Source of the DNA: Chrysomallon squamiferum
Lineage: Eukaryota > Animalia > Mollusca
Length of the DNA: 64,000 bases
Assembly (NCBI GenBank): GCA_012295275.1
Contig: CM022679.1
Location: forward strand, 23,994,001 to 24,058,000
Reading direction: 5' to 3'
In this document: piece by piece, positions 56,822-64,000 of the stretch
Position numbering within the stretch: position 1 is the stretch's first letter
How the letters are laid out: every line of letters starts with the position of its first letter
Notes under the pieces: generated by a model
What the model was told of the DNA's origin: nothing
Database searches by the model: none
The model's input: only the letters and a program-made list of their open reading frames with translations
Translations under genes and position numbers: made by a program

Positions 56822-58442
56822 AATAAATAAATAAAATGGAAGAAAGAAATTAAAATAGAAAATTAAAAATAAAAACATGAATAATAATAAAAAACATGCT
56901 GTGGTGTTGTATCTTTCAACTGCAGAAAACTGCTACGTGGAAAAGAGTTAAAACTGAAAAAAATAAATAAATGAGTAAAAGGGAAATATATTTATATATT
57001 TACATACGTATTTCAATTACATTTTAATATATAAAATAAATTTTCAGACATTGAGAACACTTATATTTGGCAGATAAAAATAACTAATAAAGTCATTATT
57101 ATTCATGATCCCATCTCTAAATTGAAAATCTTTTATCTGAAAAAAAGAAAAAAACATTATTACTGGCAATGATATGGTTAGTACTTGTTTCGTAATTTTC
57201 TCCTATTTACTGTTAACCTGAAATGACTTCATTTAACGTTGGATATGTCAAAGCCGTTAGAGCTCATTTTCCGTGGGACATCAAAATCCTTGTGTTAATC
57301 AAGAACTACATGACATGAAGATAACTAAATAAACTTCATTAAATTTTATCGCTTCACAACGCTCGAACAGGTTCATTATTCCGAAATCAAACGACAATTC
57401 CCGAATGTTTACGTCCATGGCACTGGTCTCCAGTACAAACAACGCGTACATTGACTTTGCATTGCTGTATAATGCGGAATGTCCAGCGGTGACCAGTTTG
57501 TAATTTCTTCGATCTTGTACGACAAATACCGTAATTAATTTGAAGTAAGTGACTTTCCGATGGCAGTGCCCCTGCGTTGACGATTTACAGTGCATGGGAA
57601 AGAGAACTATAGTATCATTTACGAGTAATTTTACATCAATTCTCGCCCGAATGAAGCCCTTTATGTGACTTTATTTGGTTTCAGTACTGTACGCAGTGCA
57701 AGGAAATCCATTTTCTGCTCCGTCCTCTTGATGGTATTGATTCTTAGCGTCAACAAAATGGATTCTGTGCAAACTTATTTATCCAGAAAGTAATTGAATT
57801 AAATGAATTGTTAAATTACTCTTGAACACATCTATGTCAAGAACAACAACAGAAAAAAATCTTAGTAAAAATTGTTGGTTTATGTAATTTCAGTTCATGT
57901 AAATCGAATATGGAATTAATGACAAGAGTTAAAAAATTTTTGTTTTCCTCTTACCTCGTAACGATTTACGTTTTCTGGGCAAAATTTCTCTCTCTCTCTC
58001 TCTCTCAAATATATATAAATGGGCCATGTCAAATATATATAAAAAAAACAAATTCTGTTAAAATAACGTTTGCCATGTCACTATCTTCCTGACACCTCGT
58101 TCACGCTATCAAATGGCAAACTGCGATGGTCAAATTCTGTTTGCATAGCCGCCGATAAATACAGGAAAATTACCCGATTACAAATTGAATTTGCCCCGAT
58201 AAAGAATTTCAATACAGTGTACAGAACCAACATTACTGTTTCCCTGGGGCCAGTCTGACTGTTTGTCCGAAGACGAGTAAAGCGACACAGTGTAAATACC
58301 CGAAAATGAAAAGGCTAAAAGCTCGGAAATCTATCCGTTATATGTGTACCCTTATCCTTTTGTCCTGCATGTTTATTTATAATAATAAGTAAACAAACCA
58401 AGTTGAAAACTAATTGTCTGTTTCGACAGGTATTTTCGTTGT

Positions 58443-58477
<35 letters not shown>

Positions 58478-58985
58478 TTGACGTTTAACAAATATTTATC
58501 TTTTAACGGGTAACGATGCGTATACATCGTATGATCATGTTAATTTCTTTCTATTCCCATGACATCCATAGTGTCGATGTGTAAATGTACATTAGAAACC
58601 ATTTTTACCATTGAGCAGACGACAAATTATATATTTTACAAAACTCGAGTCCATTAAAGGCTTTTAACACGGGTGTATAAAACATGACATTTCACTGCAA
58701 CATGTTTCTGGATATTTTAATTATATGATGAACACTGAACAAAACTGAACATGCAATTTTGGGGTTTTCTTTTTTTAACGTGTGGTGTTTTTATTTTAGA
58801 TCATTATAGCATATGCCGTCTGAAGTTTATTGATGGATATTTTCTTTTATGTGCATAATTAAAAAAAAAGAAGAAAAAAAAAAGGAAATTACAAGAGCTC
58901 TGTTCGCGAGAAAGAAGTCTTAAATTCTTTTTCAGGTCATGTTTTCGTATAATTCATAAAGAATGTCTCAAAATAGTCGAGTTTG

Positions 58986-59042
<57 letters not shown>

Positions 59043-59185
59043 TTAGTAAACAGTTAACTTATGTTTACCGATAGATTGATGCTGTGCTAAATAATGATGT
59101 TAAATGTTATTATTTTTAAATTTAAAAAATAAATATATAAAATAATAAAATAAAAAAGTCATCTAATTCTAAATACATAAATACA

Positions 59186-59236
<51 letters not shown>

Positions 59237-61071
59237 AAACGAAAAAAAAAAATCTGATCTTTTAAATATTTTGCGATAACTTACTTTAGAAAAAGTTCTT
59301 CTATTTTTCTCTTTTGAATCTTTTTTTTTGTATATATATACAAAAATGTTTGACAGATGAATGTATCTATCTCTCTCATGTCAGTTCTGATATAAATTAA
59401 TAAAACTCATGAATATATTAAAATGTTAAAAGTTTTTTTTTTGTAATTGTTATGATGATGATGATAAAAATCATAAATAAAAGAAATAAATGTGTCTATC
59501 TCTGAATATATATATAAAGTTATAATAAATAAAAAGTCGAAGGAAATTTGTGAAAAATCATTATTTGGACGTTTTTTTTTTTTTATTAAATTTTATTTCT
59601 CCATAACAAAACACATTTCATCTTGAAAATAATATTCACAACAATAACGTTTTTTTTTATTTAGTTTTTTTTTTTTCTTATTATTAATATATATATATTA
59701 TTTTTTCAAAAATATCCGACTCACCCCTATTATTCTTCTAGTATATAAAACCATTTTGAGTACTTAAAAGATAATATGCATTAACAGTGTTCTACTATAA
59801 CAGACAAATGTATAGCAAATGATTTTTGGTTTTCTTTTTGCCTTCTTCTTCGTTAGGGTACTGGACATATTTGTACATTATTTTATCATTTACTGCATAT
59901 CGTTTTCAGAGAAACACGAAATCAGACAAATGCTTTTCCTTCTTTGTAAGGTGTGTATTGTGTTAAGGTTTTCCTTTCTAATTTTAATCTGATCGGAAAA
60001 TATTTTCCTTTCATTTTCTGTCACGTGTAGTGGAGTACAGTCATATACAAAGCGCAACACGCCCATCTTACGACAGCAACTTAGACCGGTTGCTTAAGAG
60101 GTCATACGTCAATGTAATTGGATGTCAGTCTATTATTATCGCTATAAAGCTGTCAAGCTTGAGTTGCTTGCATTACCGAAAGAGATCAAGTAGGTTTACG
60201 GACTTTCTTTTCCACAAACAAGATCAAGGAGCTGCGTGTATAATTTTCTTTTCGATAGGGATCGTTCATTTAGCAGAATTGTTATGTCGTCTGCAGGCGC
60301 TTTCTTTCTTTTTATCACCCGGGTTTGTGAATTGTTTTTCCCCCGCATGCTTTTGTGAGTTGTTTTTTTCCGCCAATGTGATGCTTTACTTGACAGGCAG
60401 CTGTTGGTTATATTCTGCTTGGTGCACTTCAGCAATTTTTTTCCCCCTCTTCTTCTTCTTCTTTTTTTTTTTTTTTTTTTTCTTCTCAATTTCTGATTAT
60501 TCTCACAGTTTGAGAATATTGAAGGAAAAACTCCAAAGCAGCCCGCTGTGACATCCATCCATCCACTCTGTCACGTGCCATCATAACTGATAACGCCCAT
60601 TGCCGTGTGTGCTCTTCGGGGAGTGAGTGTGTGTGTGTCAGGCACGCACAGCCACACAAGGGTTTGCACAGACGTCTACCTTCATTGTTAGTGTCACCGC
60701 TATTGACTCCTGGGTTCTCGGTGAAGTTCGGAAGAGAAACAAAGAAAACAAAATAACTTCCACTCCACCCCCACCTCCGTTATTCGCTTAATTGTATTTG
60801 AACTAAATTTATAATGTTGACATTTTATCTAGTTTATGTTGTGGGTCTTGTATATCAAATAGCTATTAACATCAGTTATATGAGACAATAGTCGATATAG
60901 TTATCTATAAGTGGTCCCCTAAGTAAAACCATAGAGTCGTTTTCAGATACGGAAGGTTGACGTTATTTCCTTTATACAAAAGTTATGGGATCAAACTGTG
61001 AATCAGACTATGGAAATGAAAGTCAAAACAAAATCACACAAGACTAGGTGGTAATAATAATAATAATAATA

Positions 61072-61139
<68 letters not shown>

Positions 61140-62626
61140 TAATGATAATGATAAAATAAATAAAAAGTATATAAATGGTAATTAGTGTTAATTATATATA
61201 TGTATATAAAATTAACCGAAGAAAGGAAAAGTTAACCTCTCACTTTTTATGTTGGAATTATTTTTAACTGTGAATGCGTACAACGTTTCGTGACTATGAA
61301 AAGAAATTATTATTTTCTTACGTGCCATTGAAAAATTAATTTTCAGAGAGGAAATCTTTTTTTCATACATCAGTGACTTTTCATTTTCTTTCAGCTTCTA
61401 TCTACCTACGTATCTGTCTGTCTGTCTCTCTGTCTATTTATCTATCTGTTCATCTATCTATCTGTCCGTCTATCTTCTTCGCTATGAGAAAACTCATCCA
61501 TCATCCATTCATCTTTCTTTCTATCAATTCATTCATTTTTTCTTTTCTCTTTCCTTTACGGAAATAGACGGAACTTGTGCAACCAGACAGTTTTTGCTGT
61601 ACGTCTATAAAACATATATCTTAATACATAATTCATGACAATAATTATTTAGTGATACGGTCCTGCATTTTCCGCTTTAATCTGCAAGTCATGCCATTTT
61701 ATTTGGTTATACGTCGCTTTAAAACGTTTTTCTTTATTACATTTTTATTATTTTTTAAAACCGCAGCCTGTTTTTAAATTCTAGCTGGAGCTATATATAC
61801 CAGGATTTAAAAACTTCTGACAGTCAGCCCGGGGCAGACGAAACGTTCAGGTTTTTAGCTGTCGACTTTACGCTTGGCTGAGCACTGATTTTTAATATAT
61901 GGAGGTACGACTCCTATTTCAGGAATATCTCGTTGGCAGGTGGAAATCAACCATGAAAACAATGAGACCCAGATCTGCCACACATTCACTCGGCCCTCAT
62001 CTGTTAGAAGCTCCGAGTCTTCGGGGCGCCTTATCGCGCAACCGTGTCCACGAATCTTCGCACAAATGCCAGTGTCCTGTAACGTCCAGTTCTTCGGCCA
62101 ACCGTGGCTTTTCGGTTTTGCTGCTTTGCTGGTTTTCTATTGATGCCTTGTTACTTTTATCCGAACATTCCGCCTTTGGCCTTTTTGCCGCGAAATTTAT
62201 GATGGCCTTTATAATTAATTGGTTTCATTGGTGACGACAATGGGCGCAAATGGTGTTACAGTGACCCCGAGGACAACGCCTCTTTTTCTGTAAGTGCAAC
62301 CCCCGGCCACACTTATAACTACTTAATAGACACACCGAGTGTTATCTGGTCAGCGGGTCAGGCGCAGGAAGTGTTATAATTTTAGGGGGTGGAAGAGAAT
62401 TTCAGAAGATTTTAACTTTTTTTTTGTCAAGATGAGAATTCAGAAATTTGAACCGTTTGTTGAACATGAATATGTTTAGAAAACCTATGTCTCAGATTAA
62501 CTCAATTTATGTTTGATATATTGTTCAGTAGAGAGTTTTATGACTGATAATTTATGTTTTTTAGAAGTTCGCCTTAGTAATCAGGAAATACATACATAAA
62601 TAAAAAAAAAAAAAAATAAAAAAAAA

Positions 62627-62657
<31 letters not shown>

Positions 62658-64000
62658 CAGTTGAAAATAATCATTAAAAAAATTAAAGCAAAAACAAATA
62701 CAAAATAAACCAAAGAAAAAAAACATAAACATATAAGTGAAAGAAAACCTCTTGTACACTCCAACAATCTAACATAACCGTCTAATAAGTAATATCACCC
62801 GATCACCACTTCAAATCAAAACACAAAGAACACAAAGTAAATAAATAAATAATAATAATGAACAGCCCACCACGTCAACCTATACCGTCTGTAATTATTT
62901 ACGCCAAAAGGAAAATAGTGTTTGTTGTGAAAAGTTATGAAGAGAAAACCTTAACTACAATTATTAATAACAAAAACATAGTAGGTTGGTCAAAGTTTAT
63001 GTAATCGAAGGCAAAAACCATACTCCTAACTCGCTGTTTCTTAACCCAAAATAACACACAATAGTTTTAATTAAATAAATAAATTATCAATAGTAATAAT
63101 AATAACTGAAAAACAAAACAAGGACCAACAATAAAACTAGAGACCACGACATTTCCGATTACTGACATCAAAAGAGAAGAATAAACGAAAGTAAAGTATA
63201 TAGTGCAAATTTTAGACATTGCAATTACTTACGCTAAAAATAGTTCGATGCGTAGTCATCAACAAAGACAGAATCACGGCAAAAACGCGGTGTTTCGCGC
63301 AAAATTATAGCCGAAGAATTATCGGAACTAAGAATTGTGTGATTACTAACGCTAAACACCCAGTGTATTGCGTAAAGCTGTTGAGAATTAGATGACTTCT
63401 CGCTAATAACGACGGTATTTCAGCTGCGCTATCTGTTAGTCGCTAATCTCGGCTTGTGAAAGAAATAACACGGGCTACCGATCCCTTTGTTGTGTTAAAT
63501 ATTTTGATGTCTTTGTCAACATTTCGCTTCATCAAGTCCACAGTAATAAATAACTCGATTTGTTTAATGCTGTTCTACACATTATTGACTTCGTCCTTAC
63601 AGGCTTGTCAGCAGTTTATTATTTGTTATTTTCAATAACACCTTCTTGACTTCGATGGTTATTGCATATGGAGAGGGCAACATGCCAGCGTCATTAAAAC
63701 GGTCGTTAAAAAGAGGATATCTTAGCATTAAATCATTTTGTTTTCAACGGTGAAATGATTTTAATGTTTGAAAATATGTATCACGTAACACGCATAACAG
63801 AGCGGTATTGTTGAGAACGGGTATTAATGTTTTGCAGTACGTTCATCTGATATTGCTGGGAAATATATATTGACGTTTCCTCTTTTAAACTATGTGGGTT
63901 TTATCTGTTTGTTATGTACGTTATGTTATATTGTGTTATATATATATATACACATGTATTTATGTATGTATATATATGCACTTGTGTACGTTAAATATAT

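Noticed and set aside
60030-60551. 173-aa ORF after an acceptor-like AG as HS3ST exon 2
   Set aside because: It lacks EKTPxYF and the 3'-PAPS-binding RDPxxRxxSDY motif and contains a poly-T run; not sulfotransferase sequence.

Overview
Eukaryotic, AT-rich, microsatellite-dense animal DNA; the repeat landscape suggests an octopod cephalopod (inference only). Almost all ORF-track entries are simple-repeat or antisense artefacts. Manual splicing gives four genes. (1) A + strand 6-exon gene at 964-5375 encodes an N-terminal amphipathic-helix-like leader plus five tandem ~145-aa actinoporin/aegerolysin-like domains, one per exon. It has a TATA box, three TTC-N4-GAA STAT-like sites spaced exactly 65 bp apart, a decayed extra domain exon in intron 2 and a 1-nt frameshift in the last exon. 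(2) A complete PRPF31 on the - strand at 6600-14771 (13 coding exons, 491 aa). (3) A - strand 5-exon gene at 16423-19370 encodes a ~226-aa secreted, probably GPI-anchored protein with two six-cysteine repeats. (4) The first coding exon of a heparan sulfate 3-O-sulfotransferase at ~43862-44487 lies behind a ~24 kb gene-free interval with enhancer-like islands; its intron runs beyond the window end. The best candidate for an undescribed system is gene 1: a possibly JAK/STAT-inducible, concatenated pore-forming or lectin-fold effector evolving by exon duplication and loss.
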